From a virus, in IMG/VR virus record IMGVR_UViG_3300042894_004766, positions 1-64,000 of that record: a stretch of 64,000 nucleotides of DNA. One strand, given 5' to 3'. Shown here one piece after another: positions 36,529-46,381 of the stretch; the stretch's first letter is position 1, and the number at the start of each line of letters is the position of its first letter. Made by a program: the position numbers and the translations under genes. A model generated the notes under the pieces. The model saw only the letters and a program-made list of their open reading frames with translations, did no database searches and was not told the DNA's origin.

Positions 36529-37761
36529 ATGGATAATATAAATCTAGTAGAGTCTTTTTCAGAGTTAAAAGACATAAAAAACATTGATAAGGAATCAATG
36601 ATTAAAGTAATGCAAGAAGTTTTCAGAACTATTATTGTTAAAAAATATGGTTCTTCTGATAATTTCGACGTTATTGTAAATCCTAATAAAGGTGATTTAG
36701 AAATCTGGAGAAACCGAACTATTGTTGAAGATGATTATGAAGATTTTGATGAAAATCTACATATTACATTAAGTGATGCTCTTAATGTAGAACCTGACTT
36801 TGAAGTTGGAGAGGATTTAACAGATGAAGTTAAAATTACTGACTTTGGAAGACGTTCAATTTCATCAATTCGTCAAATACTTAAATCTAAAATTATTGAT
36901 TTGGGTAAAGAAACTTTGTATAAAAAATATAAAGATAGAGAAGGAGAGATATTCACTTGTGAAGTTCATCAAATTTTAAGAAAAGAAACTATTGTTATTG
37001 ATGATGAGGGTAATGAATTTGTTTTACCTAAAACTGAACAAGTACCTGGTGACTTTTATAGAAAAGCTGACTCAATTAGAGCGATTTTACAAAGTGTAAC
37101 TATTGAAAATGGTAAACTTTTTATGACATTATCAAGAACTTCTAATAAATTCTTAGAAAAATTATTTGAACTTGAAATACCTGAAGTATTTGATGGTTTA
37201 ATCACAGTTAAAGCAGTTGTTAGAGAACCTGGTTTTAAAGCAAAAGTTGCAGTTGAGTCTTATGATGATAGAATTGATCCAGTTGGAACTTGTGTTGGAG
37301 TTAAAGGTAGTAGAATACATAGTATTGTAAGAGAACTTAATAATGAAAACATTGATGTTATCAATTACACTACAAATAAATCATTATTTGTTATGAGAGC
37401 ACTTGGTCAAAGTAAATCAACTGTTGAGTTAAATGAAGAGAAGAAAACTGCTAATGTGATTATACCTTCTGAAAATATTTCGTTAGCAATCGGTAAAGGT
37501 GGTATGAATATTAAACTTGCAAGTAAAATAAGTGGATATAAAATAAATGTATTTTCTGATGTTGAACACAATGAAGACGTTTTATTAGAAGATTTCTCTG
37601 ATGAAATTGATGGTTGGATTATTGATGAGTTTAGAAAAGTTGGATTTGACACTGCTAAAAGTGTATTAAAAGCAGACTTTAATTACATTGTAAAACAAAC
37701 AGATCTTGAAGAAGAAACAATAAGAGAAGTTATTAGAATTTTAGAAATAGAATTTAATTAA
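36529..37761 (+). CDS. nusA: Transcription termination/antitermination factor NusA
   Basis: DFGRR, SRT...LFELEIPEV.DG, REPG.KAKVAV, DPVGTCVG.KGSRI, AIGKGGMN. Confidence 0.95.
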   Translation: MDNINLVESFSELKDIKNIDKESMIKVMQEVFRTIIVKKYGSSDNFDVIVNPNKGDLEIWRNRTIVEDDYEDFDENLHITLSDALNVEPDFEVGEDLTDEVKITDFGRRSISSIRQILKSKIIDLGKETLYKKYKDREGEIFTCEVHQILRKETIVIDDEGNEFVLPKTEQVPGDFYRKADSIRAILQSVTIENGKLFMTLSRTSNKFLEKLFELEIPEVFDGLITVKAVVREPGFKAKVAVESYDDRIDPVGTCVGVKGSRIHSIVRELNNENIDVINYTTNKSLFVMRALGQSKSTVELNEEKKTANVIIPSENISLAIGKGGMNIKLASKISGYKINVFSDVEHNEDVLLEDFSDEIDGWIIDEFRKVGFDTAKSVLKADFNYIVKQTDLEEETIREVIRILEIEFN

Positions 37762-37788
37762 AAAAAGAGACTCAAATGAGTCTCTTTT

Positions 37789-38370
37789 TTATTTTATTAA
37801 GTAAAGTTTAAAGTCACTAGACTTTGGTCTCTCATTTACAAAGTAATACTTTTCTGTTATACCATTATATTTTATAGTTTTAAGAAAAGCATCTGGTACT
37901 GTTGCTCCAGTTGGTAACTTAATTGATTTATTAGAAAAGATAAGTTTTATTTCAACATCCACTGTATATTTTTTAGCTAGTTCTCTCTCATATACTTCAA
38001 GAAATCTCCAAGTTCCTCTATTTAAGTATTGATCTTGTAATGTACAGTTTAAATAAGTGAAAGTTTTAAATAACATTACTTTATCACAATTAAAGTCTGC
38101 TGCTGGTGCACAATGACCTTTGTCATAAATATTATTCTCATAATCCTTTGCATCGGATGTTTTATAACTCTTTTCAGTATAGAAGTCCATACCCTGTCTT
38201 GATGCTTTACCATCTTGACAAAGTACACGGTACTTAATTCTTAATGGTTGTTCAAACTTTTCTGAATACGACACTTCAAAAATATCTGTTTTAACTAACA
38301 CACTATCTCTAATAACTTGAGAGTAACTAATAGTTGTTACAAATAATAAAATTGATAATAATTTCTTCAT
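37789..38370 (-). CDS. Secreted DNA/RNA non-specific endonuclease (NucA/EndA type)
   Basis: Signal peptide; YDKGHCAPAAD, LNRGTW..LE. Confidence 0.88.
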   Translation of the reverse strand: MKKLLSILLFVTTISYSQVIRDSVLVKTDIFEVSYSEKFEQPLRIKYRVLCQDGKASRQGMDFYTEKSYKTSDAKDYENNIYDKGHCAPAADFNCDKVMLFKTFTYLNCTLQDQYLNRGTWRFLEVYERELAKKYTVDVEIKLIFSNKSIKLPTGATVPDAFLKTIKYNGITEKYYFVNERPKSSDFKLYLIK

Positions 38371-38422
38371 TTCTTCATTTTTTTTAGCTTATTTTTATAT
38401 ATTAAACTTAATATATAAAAAT

Positions 38423-38578
38423 ATGAAAAATATATTTGGTGTTTTTTTATTGATTATCTCTCTTGTAATAGGGGCCTTGGTAGATATGAACTTCTTTATA
38501 CAAGTTAGACTTCCTATATTTAGTTCTTTTGTTATATTCTTATTAGGAATATATTTACTTATTGAAAAGAAAGATTAG
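38423..38578 (+). CDS. Small two-TM membrane protein (below cutoff)
   Basis: MKNIFGVFLLIISLVIGALV...IEKKD; AATATATA upstream. Confidence 0.45.
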   Translation: MKNIFGVFLLIISLVIGALVDMNFFIQVRLPIFSSFVIFLLGIYLLIEKKD

Positions 38579-38796
38579 TTTACAACTACATAAACCATTA
38601 TCTTACTATGTTCTTTGATAAATTTAATCTCACCATAAAATCCTAGTTCTTTGGCTTTTTGTTCATATTTATCATAAATCTCATCAAAGTTATTATCAAC
38701 AACTTTGACTTTCTCAATTCCTAGTTTTTTTAATAATAATTCCATATTGTATATATTTTATATTTCAACTCCTAAGAATAATTTCATATAATTATT

Positions 38797-39306
38797 ATGA
38801 AATTAAAAGTTTACATTTCCGGATACGGTGCTGAAGTTACTCAAGGAACCTTAACAAATGAAAAAGTTGAGAAAATATACGAGTCACATGATTCATTAGA
38901 AGAATACTTTAGTCAATATGTTGATGATGATTTTAGTTGGTATGAGATTGATGATAACTTTCATTGCTCTGCTGCTTATTTAGAAGAATCTTCTATTCAA
39001 ATTATTGACGAACAAGGTGCAACTATATATGAAAGACCTTGTGATGAATTGATTTATGATGAAGTAATAACAGAACCTATTTATTCTACTGATGAGGAAT
39101 GTGCTATTACCTGTGTATCTACTGAAAAAGGTACTTTTTTTGAAGGAGATTTTGAAATTGAAGAATTTAATCCAGAGTTACTTACTTTGAAAATTAAAAG
39201 ATTGGAAAGTTTTAAAATGGTTTCTGAAGTATTCTATAATGGTGTAGAAATACCTGGTGATTTTGTTTTCTCTAATGGGAAAGACTTTAATGTTTATATT
39301 GACTAA
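38797..39306 (+). CDS. Acidic hypothetical protein
   Basis: 169-aa ORF. Confidence 0.7.
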   Translation: MKLKVYISGYGAEVTQGTLTNEKVEKIYESHDSLEEYFSQYVDDDFSWYEIDDNFHCSAAYLEESSIQIIDEQGATIYERPCDELIYDEVITEPIYSTDEECAITCVSTEKGTFFEGDFEIEEFNPELLTLKIKRLESFKMVSEVFYNGVEIPGDFVFSNGKDFNVYID

Positions 39307-39977
39307 CTCTTCTTTAAAGGTATTGCAGGATTTACATCAAAATTATCATTAAGATAAGTTTTTAACTCATTTTCTATATAATGATCTGGTACTAATTTAC
39401 CATCATCTTCCTTTTCCATTTTATCACTAATAAATGATGTGAAACTATTTACTACTTCAGGTTTAAGTGCTTCAATCAATCTATCCGATACTACAAATGC
39501 TCTTGAAAATCTATCTTTTAGTGGAACTTCACCTTCTGGTAACATCATATAAGTATCAATAGTTTTCTTTAAGAAATCGGTATATTTAGATTGTGGTTCT
39601 AAATATTCAAATAATGTATCAAATACTCTGTGTACTAAACGAGAGGAACCAAATATTGTACCTACTACTGCAAGTACTGGAAAGAAAGGTGCTAATGATA
39701 AAGGAATTGCAATTGGTAAGATATTAAATATATTTTTCTTTAGTGTAGTTTTCTTTTTTGCGTCAACCGCGTCTTTAAATATTGCTCTAAGAATACCAAA
39801 TGTAAAATTCTCACCTTTAGAATGTAAGTAAGTAGCTAAGTGTCCTTGTTTAGATAAAGAGATTTGTTTTTTCAATTCTTCTTTATCAGTCACACCCATT
39901 TTAATAAGTTGTTCTTTTATATTTTTATCATATCTTTCTACGATTAGAAAATCACTATATTTCTTTACTTTTTTCAT
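39303..39977 (-). CDS. Hypothetical protein with hydrophobic hairpin and N-terminal KKYSDFL motif
   Basis: ORF. Confidence 0.7.
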   Translation of the reverse strand: MKKVKKYSDFLIVERYDKNIKEQLIKMGVTDKEELKKQISLSKQGHLATYLHSKGENFTFGILRAIFKDAVDAKKKTTLKKNIFNILPIAIPLSLAPFFPVLAVVGTIFGSSRLVHRVFDTLFEYLEPQSKYTDFLKKTIDTYMMLPEGEVPLKDRFSRAFVVSDRLIEALKPEVVNSFTSFISDKMEKEDDGKLVPDHYIENELKTYLNDNFDVNPAIPLKKS

Positions 39978-40041
39978 ATTAAATTATTATTGTTTTCAAT
40001 CTATATAAAAACAAAGATTATTTTTTACTATATATAAAATT

Positions 40042-41385
40042 ATGATAACAGAAAAAACAATTTCAGACTTTCTTTCACTTGAGTATAAAGAGTTCGCGAT
40101 GTATTCTATTGAAGGTAGGGCAATACCATCAGTTGTTGATGGTTTTAAACCAACACAGAGAAAGATCATTCACATCTCCAATCAAATATGGAGAACAGGT
40201 AATGAGAAGAATCTAAAGGTATTTCAATTGGCTGGTAAAGTAGCATCAGATGCTTTCTATCATCATGGTAATACCTCATTAGAAAATGCTATTGTTACAA
40301 TGGCACAAAAATTTAAAAATAATGCTGCTTTATTAGAAGAAGATGGACAATTTGGTTCATTACGTTCTCCACAACCGGGTGCTGCTAGATATATTGGAAC
40401 AAAATTAAGTGATAACTTTAGATTGATTTATAAAGATTTTGATTTACTTGAATATAAAGAAGAAGAAGGTGAAACAATTGAACCTAGATACTTTCTACCA
40501 ATCATTCCAACTGTATTGCTGAATGGTTCAAGTGGAATTGCAGTTGGATTTGCTTCTAATGTGTTAAATAGAGACATTAAAAGCATTATTGATACTTGTG
40601 TGAGAGTTATTGAGGGTAAAAAAATAACGAGTATTAAACCGTCTTTAAATGAGTTTACAGGTGAATTCATACAAGATAAGGAAAATCCTAAGAGATGGAT
40701 AATAAGAGGTTTATTTCAAAGAGTAAATACATCAACTGTTAGAATAACAGAATTACCACCTTCTATGACTTATGAAAAGTATGAAGAGATACTAGATAAA
40801 CTAGTTGATAATAAAGATATTGTATCATATGATGATAATTGTAAAGATAATATAGATTATACAATTAAATTCCAAAGAGCTGTTCTAGAGGGTATTGATG
40901 ATACTGCGATGATAAAGTTGTTAAAATTAGAAGAATCATCAACTGAGATATTTACAACACTTGATGAGTTTGGTAAATTAAAAATATTTGAAACATCTGA
41001 AGAGATTATAGAATACTTTACTAAATTTAGACTAACTTATTATGATATAAGAAAACAACACACTTTGGATAAACTTAATAGAGAATTAAAGATATTAAGT
41101 AATAGAGGTAGATTTATTAAAGCTATTTTAGATGAGAAACTAAAAATAAATAATGTTTCTAAGGCAGAAATTATATTAAGTATAGAATCACTAGGTTTAG
41201 AACAAATAGATGACTCTTATGATTACTTATTAAGAATGTCACTTTACTCTTTAACAAAAGAGTTATTTGAAAAAATGAAGCAGGACTTCACTGCGAAAAA
41301 AGAAGAAATTAAAATATTAGAATCTACTGATCCAAAAGATATGTATCTACTAGATTTAAGTGAATTAAAAAAGAAGTTTAAATAG
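40042..41385 (+). CDS. Type II DNA topoisomerase medium subunit (T4 gp52/GyrA-like)
   Basis: RAIPSVVDGFKPTQRK, YHHG, GAARYI, NGSSGIAVG. Confidence 0.93.
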   Translation: MITEKTISDFLSLEYKEFAMYSIEGRAIPSVVDGFKPTQRKIIHISNQIWRTGNEKNLKVFQLAGKVASDAFYHHGNTSLENAIVTMAQKFKNNAALLEEDGQFGSLRSPQPGAARYIGTKLSDNFRLIYKDFDLLEYKEEEGETIEPRYFLPIIPTVLLNGSSGIAVGFASNVLNRDIKSIIDTCVRVIEGKKITSIKPSLNEFTGEFIQDKENPKRWIIRGLFQRVNTSTVRITELPPSMTYEKYEEILDKLVDNKDIVSYDDNCKDNIDYTIKFQRAVLEGIDDTAMIKLLKLEESSTEIFTTLDEFGKLKIFETSEEIIEYFTKFRLTYYDIRKQHTLDKLNRELKILSNRGRFIKAILDEKLKINNVSKAEIILSIESLGLEQIDDSYDYLLRMSLYSLTKELFEKMKQDFTAKKEEIKILESTDPKDMYLLDLSELKKKFK

Positions 41386-41432
41386 TTGAACATTTGATTT
41401 TTTTCACTATATTTGTAAAAATTATAATAAAG

Positions 41433-42701
41433 ATGAAAGAACAATTAAACCAACTTATAAATGAAAGATCTCCTGGATCTAAACCAATCTTCTTGGTTAT
41501 TAGGGGATCACACGCATACGGAACTAATATAGAGACTTCTGATACCGATTATGCGGGTGTATTTATCCAATCATTGGATGATATTCTTGGTAGTAAATAC
41601 AAACAGCAAGTAAATGATGATACTAATGATACTGTAATCTATGAGTTACGTAGATTTTTAGAATTATTGGCTAGTAATAACCCAACAGTTTTAGAATTAC
41701 TTAATACTCCAGAAGATTGTATTATCTATAAAGATCCTATTTTTGATTTAATATTAGAAAATAGAGAACAATTTATTACTAAAATCTGTGCTAACTCTTT
41801 TGGTGGTTATGCAAGAGCTCAAATTGGTAAAGCAAAGGGTCAAAATAAAAAACAAAACTGGGAAAAAGATAAGGTAACTCGTAAAGATTTACTTGACTTT
41901 TGTTACGTTATTCAAGGAACAAAAGCTATTCCATGGAAAAAATGGAATGATGGTAGATTTGATGAAAGATTTATTGGTGCAGTAAATGTTCCATATGCAA
42001 AAGATGTTTATACCTTATTCTATGATACTGAATCTGATATGATGTTCTCTGGTAAAGAGAAAAAAGAGTTAAGTGATATGATGATTCAACAACGTAAAGA
42101 CTCTGGTCGAGCATTGGGTCTTGGTTATAAAGGATTGGTTAAAGTTGGTTCGACTACTATTGATAGAAGTAAACTTACTAATATGACTGATGAACAAATT
42201 GATAGACTTGAGTTAGTTTTTCAAAAAGAAGCAGAAAAGAACTTAGGTGTCTCAAATCAATTGAGGCTATCTTCAATTCCAAAAGGACAAGAACCATTTT
42301 GTACTATTACTTATAACAAAGATGGATATTCAGAACATTGTAAAGACTTTAGAGAGTATGAAGAATGGTTATCAAAAAGAAATCTTCAAAGATGGGTAGA
42401 TGTTAAGTCTCACGGTCAACAAATTGATGGTAAGAATATGATGCACTGTCGTAGATTGATGGATATGGCTCGTGAGATTGCAGAAGGTAAGGGTATCCTT
42501 GTTAAAAGAGATAATGCACAAGAACTTCTTTCAATTAGAAGAGGTGAAATAGATTTACAAACTTTGATTGATCATGTTGAAAGTGAGATTAAAGAAGTAG
42601 ATACTTTGTTTAAAGAATCAGATTTACCAGAAAAGGTAGATGAAAATTTTATAAATAGTTTATTAGTAAAAATTAGAAAATCAGTTTATGGTATACAGTA
42701 A
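41433..42701 (+). CDS. Nucleotidyltransferase (YcgL/RlaP-like)
   Basis: GSHAYGTN..SDTDY.GVF, NPTVLELL, KNMMHCRRL. Confidence 0.82.
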   Translation: MKEQLNQLINERSPGSKPIFLVIRGSHAYGTNIETSDTDYAGVFIQSLDDILGSKYKQQVNDDTNDTVIYELRRFLELLASNNPTVLELLNTPEDCIIYKDPIFDLILENREQFITKICANSFGGYARAQIGKAKGQNKKQNWEKDKVTRKDLLDFCYVIQGTKAIPWKKWNDGRFDERFIGAVNVPYAKDVYTLFYDTESDMMFSGKEKKELSDMMIQQRKDSGRALGLGYKGLVKVGSTTIDRSKLTNMTDEQIDRLELVFQKEAEKNLGVSNQLRLSSIPKGQEPFCTITYNKDGYSEHCKDFREYEEWLSKRNLQRWVDVKSHGQQIDGKNMMHCRRLMDMAREIAEGKGILVKRDNAQELLSIRRGEIDLQTLIDHVESEIKEVDTLFKESDLPEKVDENFINSLLVKIRKSVYGIQ

Positions 42702-43311
42702 CATTGCAATTATTATAGGGTTCTTTTGTTTAGGATATCTATTTAATAATCTTTTAAGAAAGATTGTTGAGGGATATAACGATAGTAAGTATCGAAAGGA
42801 AATTACGTCTATTTTTCAAAATGTATTAGATAATCTTTATACAAATAAGACAAGTTTTGTTAGTCGAATCAATAACACTGTTACTATTATGACAGAGTTG
42901 AATGAGGGTATAGTAAATGTTGTTTATCTTATGGATAGACGTGATATTGCTATATTTAAGGGAGATAAGTGTATCTATACATCAGATTCAATAGATAAAT
43001 CATTGGTTGATGAAATCATTGTGGGTTTAGATGTTTTCTATAAACGTGAGATAAATGATGTTGTAAATGTAATGGGAATGGTCTTCTCTCGTGATGAATT
43101 TGAGAACAAATTCAAAATAAAAGTAGAAGATATGAAGAAGGGTATGTTTGGTGGTTTTCCAAAAGAAGAAATGTCAGATATTGAAAAGATAAAAAGACAG
43201 AATGAGGTAAAGTTTAATATAGATGATATATTAGATAGAATTACATCTGTTGGTATTGAAAATCTTACACCAGAGGAAAAAAGATTTTTAGATAGTTATA
43301 ACAATGAATAA
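42688..43311 (+). CDS. Membrane-anchored protein with DUF6576-like C-terminus
   Basis: N-terminal TM; IDDILDRITSVGIENLTPEEKRFL. Confidence 0.65.
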   Translation: MVYSNIAIIIGFFCLGYLFNNLLRKIVEGYNDSKYRKEITSIFQNVLDNLYTNKTSFVSRINNTVTIMTELNEGIVNVVYLMDRRDIAIFKGDKCIYTSDSIDKSLVDEIIVGLDVFYKREINDVVNVMGMVFSRDEFENKFKIKVEDMKKGMFGGFPKEEMSDIEKIKRQNEVKFNIDDILDRITSVGIENLTPEEKRFLDSYNNE

Positions 43312-43645
43312 TCTAGAATTAAATGGATTTAACTCTAATTTTGGTGACTTTAAAATAGTATCAATTTTAAGTGATTATGAGAATCACTGGATATTAGGTT
43401 TAACTTCTATTATTCTTGAAAGAGATAGTTTGTATTTTTATATTCAAGATGATAAAGAAAAGATTTCCGATGTTTCTAAGATGCCAATTTATATAAAAGA
43501 GGATTGGATAAATTATAATAAAAAAGATTTAAGTTTAGATATTATAAACAAACATATTAAGTATTATAAAAATGATGATGAAGATATGTTTAATTTACTA
43601 ATGACAATACGAAGAGATTTTATACTTACAAAGTATGTTAAATAA
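43304..43645 (+). CDS. Hypothetical protein with C-terminal RRDFIL motif
   Basis: ORF. Confidence 0.6.
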   Translation: MNNLELNGFNSNFGDFKIVSILSDYENHWILGLTSIILERDSLYFYIQDDKEKISDVSKMPIYIKEDWINYNKKDLSLDIINKHIKYYKNDDEDMFNLLMTIRRDFILTKYVK

Positions 43646-43680
43646 AAAAACCACTCATTGAGTGGTTTTTTTTTATTAGA

Positions 43681-44256
43681 TTAAAGTGGTAATTCTTCCT
43701 CTTCGTCTTCTTCTTTAGGTTCTTCTTCTTCTTGAGCTTGTCCTTGTGCAGGTGCTTGAGCTTGTCCTTGTGCAGGTGCTTGAGCTTGTCCTTGTGCAGG
43801 TGCTTGAGCTTGTCCTTGTGCAGGTTCTTCAAATTCTCCTTCTGCCGGTGCTTGAGCTTGTGGTTGTGCTTCAGTTTGTACTTGAGCTTGTGGTTGAGTT
43901 TGAGCTTGTGGTTGAGCTTGTGGTTCAGTTTGTACTTGAACTTGTCCTTGACCTTGTGTCTGTGCTTGAGTTTGACCACCCATTATAGCACCACCAGGAA
44001 TCTTATCTATATCTAAGAAAGTAGTTGTTACATATTTAATAATTTCTTCTGCAATATCTACATCACCAAAAAATTGACGTAAGTTTTTACCTGTTGTATC
44101 TTTTACTTTTTTAACATAAGCGTTGATTAAAGATTGAGGTAAGTCAATCATAGTTTTTACTTTATAAAGATCGTTAACTTGGAAAACAGATTCTTTTATA
44201 ATCTCTTCTCTATTTTTTTGAATACGAAATTTTTCAAATGCTTTAACGTGTTTCAT
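43681..44256 (-). CDS. Protein with Q/A/P-rich low-complexity acidic tail
   Basis: PAQGQAQA repeats; [11 protein letters not shown]-terminal motif. Confidence 0.75.
   Translation of the reverse strand: MKHVKAFEKFRIQKNREEIIKESVFQVNDLYKVKTMIDLPQSLINAYVKKVKDTTGKNLRQFFGDVDIAEEIIKYVTTTFLDIDKIPGGAIMGGQTQAQTQGQGQVQVQTEPQAQPQAQTQPQAQVQTEAQPQAQAPAEGEFEEPAQGQAQAPAQGQAQAPAQGQAQAPAQGQAQEEEEPKEEDEEEELPL
43733..43824. repeat. 24-bp tandem repeat (~4 copies) encoding PAQGQAQA
   Basis: TGAGCTTGTCCTTGTGCAGGTGCT repeated. Confidence 0.9.
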
Positions 44257-44324
44257 GTTTTTGTTTATTTTTTATATGATTTATATATTAAGAATAAAAA
44301 GCCATTTTTTGTATTTTTTATAAA

Positions 44325-44843
44325 TTATTGAATAATACCAAATGCTGCCAGTACTAATCCTATTATTACTACAGATCCACCTATTCCACCTACTACCATC
44401 TTTGTTTTTAGTCTTGATAATTGTTTATTCTTTTCATCAATTACATTTTGTCTATTAACTACTTCTGTTTGTAAAACTTGATTTTTTTGCATCCAGCCAA
44501 TTATTTCTTGTTGTAGTGCATTTATTTTCTCATCTTTCTTAACTAATTGACTATCTTGTTTGGTGATAACAACGTCTAGTTTAGCAATTACTTCATCTTT
44601 ATCATTGATTACCTTTACACATATATTTTCATAATCTTGCATTTCTGCTTGTAACTGTTCAAACTTTTCTAATATATTTGAATTATTATTAAGTTTCATT
44701 GCTTGTGGTATAGTCATAACTATAACTTTTTGTCCAAGTGAATCTACTTCAAACCTTGGATATTTAATTTTTTGTGTAACTTGTGAAAACATTGTTGTAA
44801 AAACTAATGTCATTAATAGTGTGAATAACTTTCTCATTTTCAT
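44325..44843 (-). CDS. Signal-peptide coiled-coil protein with C-terminal TM helix
   Basis: Signal ending FS-Q; heptads; C-terminal GGSVVIIGLVLAAFGII. Confidence 0.7.
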   Translation of the reverse strand: MKMRKLFTLLMTLVFTTMFSQVTQKIKYPRFEVDSLGQKVIVMTIPQAMKLNNNSNILEKFEQLQAEMQDYENICVKVINDKDEVIAKLDVVITKQDSQLVKKDEKINALQQEIIGWMQKNQVLQTEVVNRQNVIDEKNKQLSRLKTKMVVGGIGGSVVIIGLVLAAFGIIQ

Positions 44844-44854
44844 TTATTTATTTT

Positions 44855-45466
44855 TTAGTTTTTAATTGTTAAGGTTTGTCCTACTTGTAGACCTTTATTT
44901 TTTAGAAACTTATTTTGTTCCATTATTTCAGAAACACTTACATTATAAAGTTTAGATAAAGAATATAATGTTTCTTTTCCTTCAACTTTGTGTAGTATTT
45001 TATCTTTTACTTTATTTTCATTTGTTTCGGGTAATTTATCTACCTTTTTCTTTTCTATAGAAGATGTATTTTTTATTAAGTCTTCTAATAGTTCATCATC
45101 GGTAAGAACTTTAGGATTATTTCTTAACTCTTCAATTTCCTTTCTAGTCTTTGCCATACCACCCTGAAGTCTTGATAGATCTTTTTTAGCATTCTCTGCA
45201 TCTTCTTTGGCTCTTTGAGCATTTGCTTTTGCAGTACCTACTTCAATGGCTAGTTTTTTATCCTCTGCATCTTTTTTATTATAAATATCTTGCCATATTG
45301 CAATTTTTGCTTCTGCTGCTTCTTTCTCTTTTTCTAATTTTTTATATTCTTCTTCAAGTTGTTTAACTCTTTGTTTTGATGCATCAAATCCACCAAAATA
45401 CCAAGTAAGACCAAATCCAATAGTTGATACTAGTAAAAATATAATAACAATTTTTTTAAAATCCAT
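44855..45466 (-). CDS. N-terminally anchored coiled-coil protein with C-terminal LysM domain
   Basis: HKVEGKETLYSLSKLYNVSV...N...LQVGQTL. Confidence 0.85.
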   Translation of the reverse strand: MDFKKIVIIFLLVSTIGFGLTWYFGGFDASKQRVKQLEEEYKKLEKEKEAAEAKIAIWQDIYNKKDAEDKKLAIEVGTAKANAQRAKEDAENAKKDLSRLQGGMAKTRKEIEELRNNPKVLTDDELLEDLIKNTSSIEKKKVDKLPETNENKVKDKILHKVEGKETLYSLSKLYNVSVSEIMEQNKFLKNKGLQVGQTLTIKN

Positions 45467-45533
45467 ATTTCTATTATTTTTTATTATATATTAAAAAATT
45501 ATATATATCTTTGTATAAAATTTTATAGAAAAT

Positions 45534-46046
45534 ATGGGAATAAAAAAATTGATATGTTTTGACTTTGATGATACTCTTTGTCATACCTTGAAACCAGAGG
45601 AAGGTAAACCTATCTGGAAAGAAAAATTTGGTACAGATTGGCCACATAGAGGATGGTGGTCGAAGCCAGAAACTTTGGATCTAGATGTCTTTGATACAAA
45701 AATAAACCCTTATGTCTACCAAGAATATTTAAAAGCAGTTTCTGATCCGGATAACTATGTTTTTTGTGCAACTGGTCGTATTGAAAAATTAAGAACTGAA
45801 GTAGAAGCAGTTTTACATAAATTAAACCTATCATTTGATGCTTTATATTTAAACACTGGTGGAGATACCTTCACTTTTAAATGTAGATTATTTGCTAAAC
45901 TTATTAGAGAATTACAACCAGAGGAATTCATTATGTATGATGATAGATTTGAACATTTAGTTGAATTTGAAAAATGGGCGGAAACTATTGATTGTAAAAT
46001 CACTATAATAGATGTAGTAAACAAAACAACAAAAACATTCAATTAA
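45534..46046 (+). CDS. HAD phosphatase (Swiss-army-knife RNA-repair type)
   Basis: FDFDDTL, GWWSKPE, ATGR, MYDDR. Confidence 0.8.
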   Translation: MGIKKLICFDFDDTLCHTLKPEEGKPIWKEKFGTDWPHRGWWSKPETLDLDVFDTKINPYVYQEYLKAVSDPDNYVFCATGRIEKLRTEVEAVLHKLNLSFDALYLNTGGDTFTFKCRLFAKLIRELQPEEFIMYDDRFEHLVEFEKWAETIDCKITIIDVVNKTTKTFN

Positions 46047-46047
46047 G

Positions 46048-46332
46048 ATGCCAACTATTACTAAGAAAAAAACACAATCTAAAGTACAGGAGATTTTATC
46101 TAAACCTTACAAACTGATACTTCATAACGATGATTATAACTCATTTGATTGGGTTATTGAATGTCTTATGAAAGTATGTAAGCATGAATACGAACAAGCA
46201 ACACAATGTGCTCATATTGTTCACAATAATGGTAAGTGTGATGTTAAGTATGGTGATTTAGAAACCATTTCAGAAATGAAGAATTTACTAAAATCGGCGG
46301 GACTCTCAGTCACTATGGAAGTGAATGAATAA
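46048..46332 (+). CDS. clpS: ClpS adaptor protein
   Basis: LILHNDDYNSFDWVIECL...VHNNGKC. Confidence 0.92.
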   Translation: MPTITKKKTQSKVQEILSKPYKLILHNDDYNSFDWVIECLMKVCKHEYEQATQCAHIVHNNGKCDVKYGDLETISEMKNLLKSAGLSVTMEVNE

Positions 46333-46381
46333 AAAAAGACATCTTTAAGATGTCTTTTTTATTTTAGAATGATTAAATTTT

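Noticed and set aside
43638-44016. Repetitive ORFs (KLKH, SLSLC, VLEL)
   Set aside because: Alternative-frame readings of the 24-bp Q/A repeat.
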